DNA of 57,908 bases. Origin: a virus (taxonomy: Duplodnaviria; Caudoviricetes). Under the pieces are notes generated by a model. It worked only from the letters and a program-made list of their open reading frames with translations. It searched no databases and was not told where the DNA came from. The stretch spans positions 1 to 57,908 of the IMG/VR virus record IMGVR_UViG_3300023208_000397; one strand, given 5' to 3'. Every line of letters begins with the position of its first letter. The first letter of the stretch is position 1. The position numbers were made by a program, and so were the translations under genes. This document shows positions 16,840-27,278 of the stretch, piece by piece.

Positions 16840-17067
16840 TCAGCCCTCAACCACCACAGGCACCATGCCGCGGCGCACCTTGTCGCCCAGCAGGGTCAGC
16901 CAGCGCCGGCCATCGGCCGGATTCAGGGCGGCCAGGCCTTTCGCTTCCAGCGCCGCCTGCACATGCTCGGGCACTTCCTTCCCGCCATCGGCCTGCGGGA
17001 TGAACCAGATCAGGTCGCGCTCCTCGGCGGTGAGCACAACGGGGGCGGGCTGGGTCTGGTCGGTCAT
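16840..17067 (-). CDS. Small hypothetical protein
   Basis: GAGGAG RBS; fills an intergenic gap. Confidence 0.55.
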   Translation of the reverse strand: MTDQTQPAPVVLTAEERDLIWFIPQADGGKEVPEHVQAALEAKGLAALNPADGRRWLTLLGDKVRRGMVPVVVEG

Positions 17068-17093
17068 GGTCGGGGCTCCTCGGGGAGGGCATT

Positions 17094-19606
17094 GTGACCC
17101 AACCCGACTACACCACCTTCCTGCGGCGCAAGATCCGCATGGCCAGCTTCAAGGGCTTCGAGGTGAAGCCCGAGGCCGTGCACGAGAAGCTGTTCAGCCA
17201 CCAGCGCGACATCGTGCGCTGGGCCGTGCTGGGTGGCAACCGCGCGATCTTTGCCAGCTCGGCCTGGGCAAGTCGGTGATGCAGATCGAGTGGCTGCGCC
17301 AGATCCTCCTGCAGGTGGAGGAGGGCCCGGGCCTGATCATCTGCCCGCTGGGCGTGCGCCAAGAGCTGATCCGCGACGCGGCCATGCTCGGCGTAGATCT
17401 GCGGTTCATCCGCACCGCCGCGGAGATGACCCCGGACCACCGCTTCTACGTCACGAACTACGAGTCCGTGCGCGACGGGAAGCTGGACCCGAACCTGTTC
17501 ATCGCGGTCAGTTTGGACGAGGCGAGCGTCCTGCGCAGCTTCGGCAGCAAGACCTACCAGGAGTTTCTGCCGCTCTTCGAGCGCGTGCGCTTCAAGCTGG
17601 TGAACACCGCCACGCCCAGCCCCAACCGCTTCAAGGAGCTGATCCACTACGCCGGCTTCCTCGGCGTGATGGACACGGGCCAGGCCCTGACCCGCTTCTT
17701 CCAGCGCGACAGCGAAAAGGCCGGGAATCTCACGCTCTACCCGCATAAGGAGCAGGAATTCTGGATGTGGGTCAGCAGCTGGGCCGTCTTCATCCAGAAG
17801 CCCAGCGACCTGGGCTACAGCGACGAGGGCTATGACCTGCCGCCGATGGAGGTCCGGTACCACGAGGTGCCCACCGACTACAGCCTGGCCGGCGAAGACC
17901 GCGATGGCCAGGTGCTGATGTTCCAGGACCCGGCCCTGGGCCTGTCCGCTGCTGCCGCGGAGAAGCGGGAGAGCATGCCGGCGCGCGTGGCCAAGGTGGC
18001 CGAGCTGGTCAACGCATCGCCCGATGACCACTTCGTCATCTGGCACGACCTGGAGGCCGAGCGGCATGCCATCCAGGCGGCTATCCCGGATGCAGTGAGC
18101 GTCTGGGGCACCCAGGACCTGACCGAGCGCGAAGACCTGATCGTCGGGTTCGGCAATGGCGCATTCCGCCTGCTCAGCACCAAGCCGGTGATCGCCGGCA
18201 GCGGCTGCAACTTCCAGCGGCACTGCCACCGGGAGATCTTCGCGGGCATTGGGTTCAAGTTCAACGACTTCATCCAGGCGGTCCACCGCGTGCAGCGCTT
18301 CCAGCAGCGCCACCCGGTGGTGATCGACATCGTCTACAGCGAGGCGGAGCGCGAGGTCCTGCGCACGCTGCAGCAGAAATGGGCCCAGCACGAGGAGATG
18401 GTGGCCAACATGACCGAGATCATCAAGAAGTACGGCCTCAACCAGCTGGCCATGGCCGAGACCCTGGCGCGCAGCATCGGCGTGAAGCGCATCGAGGTGA
18501 AAGGCGACCTCTTCACGGTCGCGAACAACGACTGTGTGGAGGAGGCGCGGCTGCAGGGCGAGGGCTCGGTGGACCTGATCGTCACCAGCATCCCGTTCGC
18601 CAACCACTACGAGTACAGCCCGAGCTACAACGACTTCGGCCACACCGAGGACAACGAGCATTTCTGGGCGCAGATGGATTTCCTGACGCCCGAGCTGCTG
18701 CGCATCCTGAAGCCGGGCCGGATCTACGCCTGCCACGTAAAGGACAGGATCCTCTTCGGCAACGTCACGGGGGCCGGCGCGCCCACGGTCAGCCCTTTCC
18801 ATTGCGAGGCCATCATGCACGGCCGCCGCCATGGCTTCGATTACATGGGGATGATCACCGTCGTCACCGATGTGGTGCGGGAGAACAACCAGACCTATCG
18901 CCTGAGCTGGACCGAGCAGTGCAAGGACGGCACGAAGATGGGTGTCGGCTCGCCCGAGTACATCATCCTCTTCCGCAAGCCCCAGACCGACCGGTCCAAG
19001 GGCTACGCCGATGAGCGGGTGGTGAAGTCCAAGGATGACTACACCCGGGCCCGCTGGCAGGTGGATGCGCATGCGTTCTGGCGCAGTAGCGGCAACCGGC
19101 AGCTGACGGCCGAGGAGCTGGCGAGCCTGGGACCCGACAAGCTGGCCAGCCTGTTCACCCAGTACAGCCTGGCCAACGTCTACGACTACGAGTTCCACAT
19201 CCGCATCGGCGAGGAGCTGGAGGCCCGTGGCGCGCTGCCGGCCACTTTCATGAGCCTGGCCCCGGGCAGCCTGCACCCGGAGGTCTGGCACGACGTGACC
19301 CGCATGCTCACCCTCAACAGCGAGCAGAGCAAGCGTGCGGTCGAGAAGCACGTCTGCCCGCTGCAGTTCGACATCGTGGACCGTCTGATCGAGCGCTACA
19401 GCAACAAGGGCGAGCTGGTCTACGACCCGTTCTGTGGCCTGGGCACCGTGCCCTATCGCGCGATCCTGAAGGGCCGCCGCGGTGGCGGCTCCGAGCTGAA
19501 CCCCGGCTACTTCATGGACCAGGTGCACTACCTGAAGTCCGCGGAGCAGCAGGTCTCCATGCCCAGCCTGTTCGACACGCTGGAAGAAGAGGCGGAGGCG
19601 GCCTGA
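17094..19606 (+). pseudogene. SNF2-like helicase / N4-N6 DNA methyltransferase fusion with a frameshift near 17259
   Basis: N-terminal frame HQRDIVRWA..GNRAIFAS continues in another frame as GLGKS; later LDEAS, TATPSPN, TSIPF and DPFCGLGT motifs. Confidence 0.8.
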
Positions 19607-21882
19607 TGAAGCGCGACAACTTCACCATGCCGCTGGACCTGGGCCGCGAGTTGATCATCGACAACTTCGCCGGCGGCGGCGGCACGAGCGAGGGGCTGGA
19701 GCAGGCCTTCGGCCGGCCGGTGGACGTGGCCATCAACCACGATCCCGAGGCGCTGGCCATGCACGCGCTGAACCACCCGCACACGCTGCACCTGTGCGAG
19801 TCGGTCTGGGAGGTGGACCCGATCAAGGTCACCAAGAACCAGCCCGTGGCCCTGGTGTGGCTGAGCCCCGACTGCAAGCACTTCAGCAAGGCGAAGGGCG
19901 GCACCCCGGTGGCCAAGCACATCCGCGGCCTGGCCTGGGTGGGCATGCGCTGGGTGGCGCTCACCAAGCCGCGCGTCCTGATGCTGGAAAACGTTGAGGA
20001 ATTCCAGGACTGGGGGCCCCTGATCGTGGACGCCGAGGGTAACGCCCGGCCCGACCCAGCCAAGAAGGGCAAGACCTTCCAGAGCTTCGTCCGCCAGCTG
20101 CGCGCGCACGGCTACGCGGTGGACTGGCGCGAGCTGCGCGCCTGCGATGCCGGGGCGCCCACCATCCGCAAGCGCCTGTTCCTGATCGCGCGCCGCGACG
20201 GCCGGCCCATCGTCTGGCCCCGGGCCACGCATGGCGAGCCCACCAGCAAGGCGGTGCTGGCCGGCCAGCAGCTGCCCTGGCGCACGGCCGCCGAGTGCAT
20301 CGACTTCAGCCTGCCGGCGCAGAGCGTGTTCGGCCGGCCGCGCGCGCTGGCCGAGAACACGCAGCGGCGGGTGGCCAAAGGCCTGTGGCGGCATGTGCTG
20401 ACCAGCGCCAGCCCGTTCATCGTGGGCGTGGGCGGTCGCATGGGCCAGTCACCGGCCCGCAGCGTGCAGCAGCCGGCGCAGACCATCACCAGCAAGGCAG
20501 ACAGCTGCGTGGCCCAGCCGCAGCTGCAGCCCTACATGGTCAACACTCGCAACGGCGAGCGGCCTGGCCAGGATCCGCGCGTGCGTGGCGCGGACCAGCC
20601 TTACTGGACCGTGACCGGGCAGGGCTCGCAGGGCGCCGTGGCACAGCCCGTGGTGGCGCCGTTCATCACCGAGCACGCCCAGGCGGCGAACCAGCGCACC
20701 ATGCCCGTGGATGAGCCGCTGCGCACCTTGTGCGCCCAGGTCAAGGGTGGCCACTTCTCGGTGGTGGCCCCGGCCCTGGCGCCAATGCGCGGCACGAGCC
20801 CCGCCCACATGGGCGGCCACAGCGTGCAGGACCCGCTCAGCACCATCTCGGCCCAGGGCACCCACCACGGGCTGATGGCAGCGCGCATGGCCCCATTCGT
20901 TACCGGCCTTGCCCACGGCCTGCGAGCCGATGGCAGCTGCTCGGGGGATCGCTCCCACACTGTTGGCGAACCGCTGCGCACCATCCATGCGGGCGGAGGC
21001 AATCAGGCTGTGACGGTGGCCCATCTGGTGGACATGGGCCACGGCGAGGGCAAGGACGGCGGCAAGCGCTTCAGCCACGGCGTGCGCTCGCTCGAGGTGC
21101 CGCTGAACACCGTGACGGCCAGCGGGGCCACGAGCGCCCTGGCCGCGGTGCACCTTACGCACCTGACCCACCACGGCGAGCGCAGCGGCTACAGCCCGGC
21201 CGAGCCGGCCAAGACCATCACCGGGGCCAACCGCGGCGAGCAGGCTCTGGTGGCCGCCTGCCTGGAGCAGGCCAACGGCGGCTTCTACGACGGCGACGGT
21301 CGCTCCGTAGATGCGCCAGTTAGCACGATCACGGCCAGCGGCACGCAGCAGCGCCTGATCACGGCCTATGCCGTGAAGTACTACAGCAGCGGCGGCCAGT
21401 GGCAGGCGCTGGATGACCCGATGCACACGCTGCCCACCAAGGGCCGCATGGGCCTGGTGCAGACCATGCAGGTGCCGGCCGCCTGCCTGGCGCCCGAGCA
21501 TGCCGAGCGCGCGCGCCAGTGCGCCCAGCTGCTGCATCGCTACCTGCCCGAGCAGTTCGCCGAGCCGGCGGACATGGTGCTGGTCTTCCAGCAGGGCCAA
21601 TGGTGGGTGCTGGTGGACATCACGCTGCGCATGCTCAAGCCGCGCGAGCTGTTCAACGCCCAGGGCTTCCCGGCGCACTACGTGATTGACGAGATCCCGG
21701 ACCCGAAGCGCCTGTTCGTGGGCGGCATCCAGGCCGAGCACCCGCTGCAGGTGCCGCGCGTGCCTCTGTCCGCCACCGCCCAGGTACGGATGTGCGGCAA
21801 CAGCGTGAGCCCGCCGCAGGCCCGGGCCCTGGTTGAGGCGAATTTCGCGCATGAGCTGCAGATCTATGGGGAGGCTGCCTGA
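19606..21882 (+). CDS. C5 cytosine DNA methyltransferase with a long repetitive insert
   Basis: DNFAGGGG, SPDCKHFS, LENVEEF, TIRKRLF, LRML.PREL..AQGFP and CGNSV motifs. Confidence 0.92.
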   Translation: MKRDNFTMPLDLGRELIIDNFAGGGGTSEGLEQAFGRPVDVAINHDPEALAMHALNHPHTLHLCESVWEVDPIKVTKNQPVALVWLSPDCKHFSKAKGGTPVAKHIRGLAWVGMRWVALTKPRVLMLENVEEFQDWGPLIVDAEGNARPDPAKKGKTFQSFVRQLRAHGYAVDWRELRACDAGAPTIRKRLFLIARRDGRPIVWPRATHGEPTSKAVLAGQQLPWRTAAECIDFSLPAQSVFGRPRALAENTQRRVAKGLWRHVLTSASPFIVGVGGRMGQSPARSVQQPAQTITSKADSCVAQPQLQPYMVNTRNGERPGQDPRVRGADQPYWTVTGQGSQGAVAQPVVAPFITEHAQAANQRTMPVDEPLRTLCAQVKGGHFSVVAPALAPMRGTSPAHMGGHSVQDPLSTISAQGTHHGLMAARMAPFVTGLAHGLRADGSCSGDRSHTVGEPLRTIHAGGGNQAVTVAHLVDMGHGEGKDGGKRFSHGVRSLEVPLNTVTASGATSALAAVHLTHLTHHGERSGYSPAEPAKTITGANRGEQALVAACLEQANGGFYDGDGRSVDAPVSTITASGTQQRLITAYAVKYYSSGGQWQALDDPMHTLPTKGRMGLVQTMQVPAACLAPEHAERARQCAQLLHRYLPEQFAEPADMVLVFQQGQWWVLVDITLRMLKPRELFNAQGFPAHYVIDEIPDPKRLFVGGIQAEHPLQVPRVPLSATAQVRMCGNSVSPPQARALVEANFAHELQIYGEAA

Positions 21883-22787
21883 TGAACACCAGCGTCAAGA
21901 TGAGCCACGACGAGCTAGCCAGCGACCTGGCCCAGCACCTGCGGGGCGGCAGCCAGCGGATCACCTGGGAGGACATGCAGCTGGGCCCCGCTGGGAGCCC
22001 CCGGCCGGATGTCTATGCCATGGAGCCGACCTACAGCCGGCTGTCCTTCGAGGCCTTCGAGATCAAGGTCAGCACCTCGGACTTCCGCAGCGATGTCACG
22101 AGCGGCAAGTGGCAGAGCTACCTGCGCTATGCCAACAGCGTGACCTTCGCGGCCCCGCTGGGCCTGATCACCAAGGACCAGGTACCCGCGACCTGCGGGC
22201 TGATCCTACGCGGGCCGTCAGGCTGGCGCTACGCGAAGAAGCCGGTGCTCCATCAGCTGACCGAACTGCCGTGGCAGGCGTGGATCAAGCTGCTGCTCGA
22301 TGGCGTGGAGCGTGCCAATGGGACCCGGCGAGAGGCCTATTTCAACCAATGGTCGGCTGAGAAGAAGCTGCGCGAGCGTTTTGGCGACGATGTGGCCAGG
22401 ATGCTCTCCGACCTGCAGGGGCTGCCCGCCCGGTATCAGGCGGCCATGGACGAGCACGAGCTGAAGCTGAAGACGCTCAAGGAACTGCGCGCGCGCGTTT
22501 CGGCGGAGAACCAGGAGGTGCGAGAGCAGGCCCGCGAGGCCTGCTCCGGCAACCTGGCGAAACTCGCGGTCGCCCTGGGCCTGCCCGCCGATGCGCTGGT
22601 CTCGGACCTCAATGGCCGGGCGAACCAGGTGCTGCGACTGCTGCGGGACTCGCCAGAGTCCTGGCGCCGGCATCCTCTGCTCGACCTGGCCGACCGCATG
22701 GAGTCCGTGGCCAGGGAAGCCCGCGAGGTCGGTGCCGCGCTGTCCGGTGCACGCAGCGGCGCCGCGGAGGAGGGCGCCCAGGCATGA
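21882..22787 (+). CDS. MmcB-like PD-(D/E)XK protein with a coiled-coil tail
   Basis: RPDV...EIKVSTSDFRSD...KWQSY. Confidence 0.75.
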   Translation: MNTSVKMSHDELASDLAQHLRGGSQRITWEDMQLGPAGSPRPDVYAMEPTYSRLSFEAFEIKVSTSDFRSDVTSGKWQSYLRYANSVTFAAPLGLITKDQVPATCGLILRGPSGWRYAKKPVLHQLTELPWQAWIKLLLDGVERANGTRREAYFNQWSAEKKLRERFGDDVARMLSDLQGLPARYQAAMDEHELKLKTLKELRARVSAENQEVREQAREACSGNLAKLAVALGLPADALVSDLNGRANQVLRLLRDSPESWRRHPLLDLADRMESVAREAREVGAALSGARSGAAEEGAQA

Positions 22788-23833
22788 GCAAGAAGAACGA
22801 CACCTGGATGCCGCTCTATATCGGCGACTACCTCGCTGATACCTCGCGGCTGTCCACGGAGCAGCACGGCGCCTACCTGCTGATCCTGATGGACTACTGG
22901 CGCAATGGTCCACCGCTCGACGACGACGAGGAGCTGGCCAACATCACGAAGCTGAGCACCGCCCAGTGGAAAAAGCACGCCGCCAAGATCCGCGCCCTGT
23001 TCCGCGCCGAGGGCGGCCGTCTGATCCAGAAGCGGTCGGATGCCGAGCGAGCCCGCGCCGGCCTGGTCAGCAGCAAACGCAGCGAGGCCGGCAAGCAAGG
23101 CGCTGCCGCCCGCTGGGGCAAACAGGCACCGAGTCCTGATGCCAAAACAGATGGCAAACCGATGGCAAATGGCATGGCAAGTGACATGGCAAACGCCTCG
23201 CAAAACGATGGACCGTCACAGTCACAATCACAATACCCCTTAGCGCCACCCTCCGAGCTCGACCGCCCCGCGTGCGCACCTGCGCCCGCGTGTGAGGGCC
23301 GGCCCACCCCATCGGAGGCCGCGCCCAGCCCGCCCGAGGCACCACCGCCTGCGCCACCACCGCCGCCTCCCGCACCGGTCACCACCCCCCAGGCCCAGGG
23401 CACGCCCTACGGGGCGATCACGCGGCGCCTGATGGCCGCGGGCATCAGCCGGGCCAACCCCGGGAACCTGCTGTTCCGGGAGCTCGTGGACGCGGGCGTC
23501 ACCGCCGACGAGTTCCTGGCCTACCGAGACCGGGCCATCCAGGCGGAGGACCCGTTCGCCTACCTGCTGGGCACCGTGCGCAACGAGCGCAAGCGCGCCA
23601 AGTTCCAGGCCGCCCAGCTGCAGCTCGGCGCACCAACACCGCAGGGCCGCCCTCCGGCTCCCCAGTCCTTCCGCCAGCAGGACGAGGAGGCGGCTATGCG
23701 CCGCTGGGAGGAGGCCACAGGCCGGGTGCACCCCGACCGCCAGCGGCCGCAGGACCCGAGGCCCGTGGGCCCCGATGTGATCGACATGGAGTCGCCGGCC
23801 CTGCCGGCTCTGGAGCACGACGATGCAGCCTGA
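22784..23833 (+). CDS. DUF1376/YdaU-family replication initiator
   Basis: WMPLYIGDYLADT..LSTEQHGAYLLILMDYW. Confidence 0.88.
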   Translation: MSKKNDTWMPLYIGDYLADTSRLSTEQHGAYLLILMDYWRNGPPLDDDEELANITKLSTAQWKKHAAKIRALFRAEGGRLIQKRSDAERARAGLVSSKRSEAGKQGAAARWGKQAPSPDAKTDGKPMANGMASDMANASQNDGPSQSQSQYPLAPPSELDRPACAPAPACEGRPTPSEAAPSPPEAPPPAPPPPPPAPVTTPQAQGTPYGAITRRLMAAGISRANPGNLLFRELVDAGVTADEFLAYRDRAIQAEDPFAYLLGTVRNERKRAKFQAAQLQLGAPTPQGRPPAPQSFRQQDEEAAMRRWEEATGRVHPDRQRPQDPRPVGPDVIDMESPALPALEHDDAA

Positions 23834-24299
23834 CGAGCGCCACCCCATCGACCGGATCTTCGACCGGCTCAGCAGCACCTACGGCAAACCCTTCCTGGAC
23901 CTGTACGCGGGCACGCCGATGGGGGACGTCAAAACCGCGTGGGCCCATGAGCTGGCACCGTTTGCCACCCGGGCAGGCCTGTCGGCCATCGCCTGGGCCC
24001 TGGACAACCTGCCGGAGCGGCCGCCCAACGCCGTGCAGTTCCGCAACCTCTGCCGTCAGGCACCGGCACAGCCGGCGCCCAGGCTGCCGGAGCCCGAGGC
24101 GGACCCCCGGCGCGTACAGGCCGCGGTCGCCGATCTCGGTGCAGTCCGCAACGCCGTTGGCGCCGTCAGCGCCGCCGGTGACCGGGAGCGAGCCCGGGCG
24201 AACCTCCAGAGGCTGATCGACTCGGGCAAGCGGCTCACGCACGCCCAGGCGGCCATGGCCAGGGCCATCCTCGGCGACGGCAGCGGGGCCGCCCGATGA
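23823..24299 (+). CDS. Replication protein P-like helicase loader
   Basis: IDRIFDRL...YG..F and PPNAVQFRNLC; follows the initiator. Confidence 0.6.
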   Translation: MQPDERHPIDRIFDRLSSTYGKPFLDLYAGTPMGDVKTAWAHELAPFATRAGLSAIAWALDNLPERPPNAVQFRNLCRQAPAQPAPRLPEPEADPRRVQAAVADLGAVRNAVGAVSAAGDRERARANLQRLIDSGKRLTHAQAAMARAILGDGSGAAR

Positions 24300-24754
24300 G
24301 CCGCGGCATGCGCCTGAGCCCCCGCCAGCTGCTGGAGCTGCGGGCCCGGGCCGTGGGCCAGCCGGCGCTCGCCGCGGTGCTGGCCCAGGCCGAGCAGGCA
24401 GTCCAGGAGCCACCGCGGCGTCCGAAGTTCGGGAACGCAAAGGTCGAGGACGGCGGCCACACCTTCGACTCCCGGGCCGAGCACCGCCGCTGGCGGCACC
24501 TGGTGGTGCTGGAGCGAGCGGGCGAGATCTCGGAGCTGCAGCTGCAGGTGCCCTACGAGCTGATCCCGGCCCAGCGCCGGCCCGGTGGCGGCAAGGAGCG
24601 GCCCACGGTCTACGTTGCGGACTTCGTGTACCGCACCAAGGCTGGCACGCTCGTCGTCGAGGACGTCAAGGGCGTGGTGACGCCCGAGTTCCGTCTGAAG
24701 CGCAAGTTGATGCTCTGGCGGCATGGAATCGAGGTGCAGGAGATCCGTTTATGA
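24296..24754 (+). CDS. DUF1064 family nuclease
   Basis: KFGN.K...G.TFDS.AE, LQV.YEL, YVADFVY and VEDVKG motifs. Confidence 0.88.
   Translation: MSRGMRLSPRQLLELRARAVGQPALAAVLAQAEQAVQEPPRRPKFGNAKVEDGGHTFDSRAEHRRWRHLVVLERAGEISELQLQVPYELIPAQRRPGGGKERPTVYVADFVYRTKAGTLVVEDVKGVVTPEFRLKRKLMLWRHGIEVQEIRL
24632..24651 (+). promoter_or_regulatory. Late-promoter motif copy 1 (variant, inside a CDS)
   Basis: CGCACCAAGGCTGGCACGCT. Confidence 0.45.
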
Positions 24755-25119
24755 AATCGAAGCTGATCGCTTTCGTTGCCGCGGCCACCGGTTGGGCTTT
24801 GGTCGCCGGGTTCCTTGTCGGCCTCATCGGTCGTGTGCCGGAACGGCCTGCGCAGCCGCTATCGGCCGACGTGGCTATCGCGGTGGTCATCGTTATGACA
24901 GGGCTGATGGTTCTCGCCTACTTCGCGGGCCAAGCTGCCGCCGAGGAGGACTTTGGCGACGACGGCGCCTTGCTGGATGAAGCGCTGGATGCCCTACACG
25001 AACTCGAGGACGAGGCCGCTATCCATTTGCGACTGCGCGACGAGCGCGGAGCCCATGTCGTCAAGGAAGCCCAGCGGGTGCTGCTTACCTCTGGCCGAGG
25101 CGTGAAGGGCTGGAACTGA
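24751..25119 (+). CDS. Membrane hypothetical protein
   Basis: Two hydrophobic segments; AGGAG RBS. Confidence 0.6.
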   Translation: MKSKLIAFVAAATGWALVAGFLVGLIGRVPERPAQPLSADVAIAVVIVMTGLMVLAYFAGQAAAEEDFGDDGALLDEALDALHELEDEAAIHLRLRDERGAHVVKEAQRVLLTSGRGVKGWN

Positions 25120-25342
25120 CCATGGTCCTCAATAGCCGCGCCCTCAACCACGTCCACGGCCTGCTCCGCGACAAGGGTATGGCCTGGCGCAACGATGCCG
25201 AGGCCGCCCAGGTCCTGGCACAGCATGCGACCCAGCGGGAGCTCGCCCTGCGGCCCAAGTGCGGGCATGTGCTGGCCCGCCAGATCGCTGAATGGGTGGC
25301 CGGGCACGGCCATCTGCTGCCCGCAGGGGAGGGCGTCAAGGT

Positions 25343-25915
25343 ATGACCGAGAAGGCGCTGACCGCGGCTCAAGAGGCCTTTGCACGGGGCGTGGCCACCG
25401 GTGAGAGCCAGGCCGAGGCCTACCGCATGGCCTACCCAAAGAGCCGGGCGTGGAAGCCCGAGGCGGTGCACCAGGCCGGGGCCAAGCTAATGGCAAACCC
25501 CAATGTTTCGGCAAGGGTGAGGGCCCTGAAGGATGCGGCCGCGGCGCGCGCGGTCATCACGTCCGCCGAGGTACTGAAGATGGCGGCGAACCTGGTGCGC
25601 TTCGATGTGCGCCGGCTCTACCGCGAGGACGGCTCGCCGATCCCGATCCATGAGCTCGATGCGGAGACCGCCTCGGCGATTCAGGGCGTGGACATCCACG
25701 AGGAGTACGCGGGGCAGGGCGCTGAGCGGGTGTTCGTGGGCTACACGAAGAAGTACAAGGTCGCGGACAAGAACGCGGCGCTGGAGAAGCTGTTCAAGCA
25801 CTTCGGGCTCTACGAGCTCGACAACAAGCAGAAGGCCGATCCCCTAGGTGATCTGCTGAGGGAACTAAGGGGCAACGTGGTGGGGCCTGTGGCCCAGGAT
25901 CGGAAAGGGAGCTGA
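25343..25915 (+). CDS. terS: Terminase small subunit
   Basis: LT.AQE.FA......SQAEAYR.AY, KLMANPNV..RV and DK..ALEKL.KH.GL motifs. Confidence 0.85.
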   Translation: MTEKALTAAQEAFARGVATGESQAEAYRMAYPKSRAWKPEAVHQAGAKLMANPNVSARVRALKDAAAARAVITSAEVLKMAANLVRFDVRRLYREDGSPIPIHELDAETASAIQGVDIHEEYAGQGAERVFVGYTKKYKVADKNAALEKLFKHFGLYELDNKQKADPLGDLLRELRGNVVGPVAQDRKGS

Positions 25916-26140
25916 TGATGATCGGGTTCAAAGGTGGCGACGAAATGTTGCCCGCGATGACGGGTTTCGATCTGGCGACGCCTGGCGCCGACAAGACCTT
26001 GACGGTTGTGGTTCGTGATGGCAAGTGCTCCGCTTGCCTTGATGAGACGCCGTCTGACCGCGAGGGCATTGCGCGACCGCAGGAAGCCGCCGCGCCCGCG
26101 GGTGGGGTCGAAGATCCTTCGACCTGAGCGGCTGGTTGTT

Positions 26141-26160
26141 CGTGCCAAGGCTGGCATTTT
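26141..26160 (+). promoter_or_regulatory. Late-promoter motif copy 2
   Basis: CGTGCCAAGGCTGGCATTTT, upstream of ATG 26192. Confidence 0.7.
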
Positions 26161-26191
26161 CCGTGGCCTTATCCACGGAAAGGAAGCCGAG

Positions 26192-26434
26192 ATGAAGACT
26201 CAATCTGAGACGCGCATCGTGGCGCACATGCTTTTCACCAGGGCGAGCATGGAGGAAGAGCTCCGCGACGCGGAGAGTTGTCGCCAGACGGCCGGTAGGG
26301 CCCTGGAGAAGGCTGTGGCCAAGGAACTGCAACTCGCCGAGGACCTCGAAGCCTACGACGCACTCCTCAAGCGCAGCGGCATCGAGGTTCCTGTGGGCGC
26401 CAAGGACCAGCCCGCGTCGGATGGTGCGGCATGA
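26192..26434 (+). CDS. Hypothetical coiled-coil protein
   Basis: AAGGA RBS; follows the promoter motif. Confidence 0.6.
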   Translation: MKTQSETRIVAHMLFTRASMEEELRDAESCRQTAGRALEKAVAKELQLAEDLEAYDALLKRSGIEVPVGAKDQPASDGAA

Positions 26435-26946
26435 GCCGCCGCTACGGTCGCAATCAGAAGCGCCGGGCCCGCGCTGAGATCGCGCAGCTCATGGCGGACC
26501 TGGAGCGGTCAGCCGGCATCGCTCGACGATTTGCCGACAAGAGCGCTCGCCTGGATCGCGAGATTGAACGGGCGAAGAGCTTGCTGCCGCTCGGGTCGGT
26601 CCTGATCTCTGAGCCGGCCACATTCTGCGACGGCGGTGAGCCACGCGAGCACATGCAGGTGTGTAGTCATGGTCCGCTACCTGATCTACTCGCCAGCGAC
26701 GCTCACGCTGAAGCCTGCTCGTTGCAGCAAGACATTCCCTTGGACATGCTGCTCACCGACGTCTTGATCGACAAGGTGCGCGATGAGCTGCACTTCCAGG
26801 TGGAGTTCGCTGGCCAGATCTGGCGCTACGGAATCACCCGTGCCGGCCTCCGACGACTCGGCCGCCGGGAACTGGTGGCGATGATCTCGAAGAAGCTGGC
26901 GCAGCAGATCTCGGTTGATCTTGACCGGATGGGGATCACGCGATGA
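26431..26946 (+). CDS. Hypothetical phage protein
   Basis: MSRRYGRNQKRRAR start; ATGA overlaps with neighbours. Confidence 0.65.
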   Translation: MSRRYGRNQKRRARAEIAQLMADLERSAGIARRFADKSARLDREIERAKSLLPLGSVLISEPATFCDGGEPREHMQVCSHGPLPDLLASDAHAEACSLQQDIPLDMLLTDVLIDKVRDELHFQVEFAGQIWRYGITRAGLRRLGRRELVAMISKKLAQQISVDLDRMGITR

Positions 26947-27278
26947 CTGCCATCAGAGCCAGCGCCGTTCGTGTTCCGGCCATCCCTGGCCGGCTACGCC
27001 TTGGGCGTCCGCATCACGAGGCGCGCCTGCGGGCACTGCGGCGGCGCGCTTGCACGGTCATGCTGCTGATTGCGGAACACCACCTGCGCGGCGTGCGCAG
27101 CGAGAAGGACCTGCATCTGCAGCTTGGCTCGCACCTGCCGCGAGGAGCGAAAGTGCTTTGGACGGAGCATCAGCATCATGGCCTGCGCTATGCGATAGGC
27201 CTCCAGATGACGGAGGCTGATCGGCTCACGCACCGTTTCCCGGAGTGGATTCAAATCTCGAAAGGACGCCAAGCATGA
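26943..27278 (+). CDS. Hypothetical protein
   Basis: ATGA overlaps on both sides. Confidence 0.5.
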   Translation: MTAIRASAVRVPAIPGRLRLGRPHHEARLRALRRRACTVMLLIAEHHLRGVRSEKDLHLQLGSHLPRGAKVLWTEHQHHGLRYAIGLQMTEADRLTHRFPEWIQISKGRQA

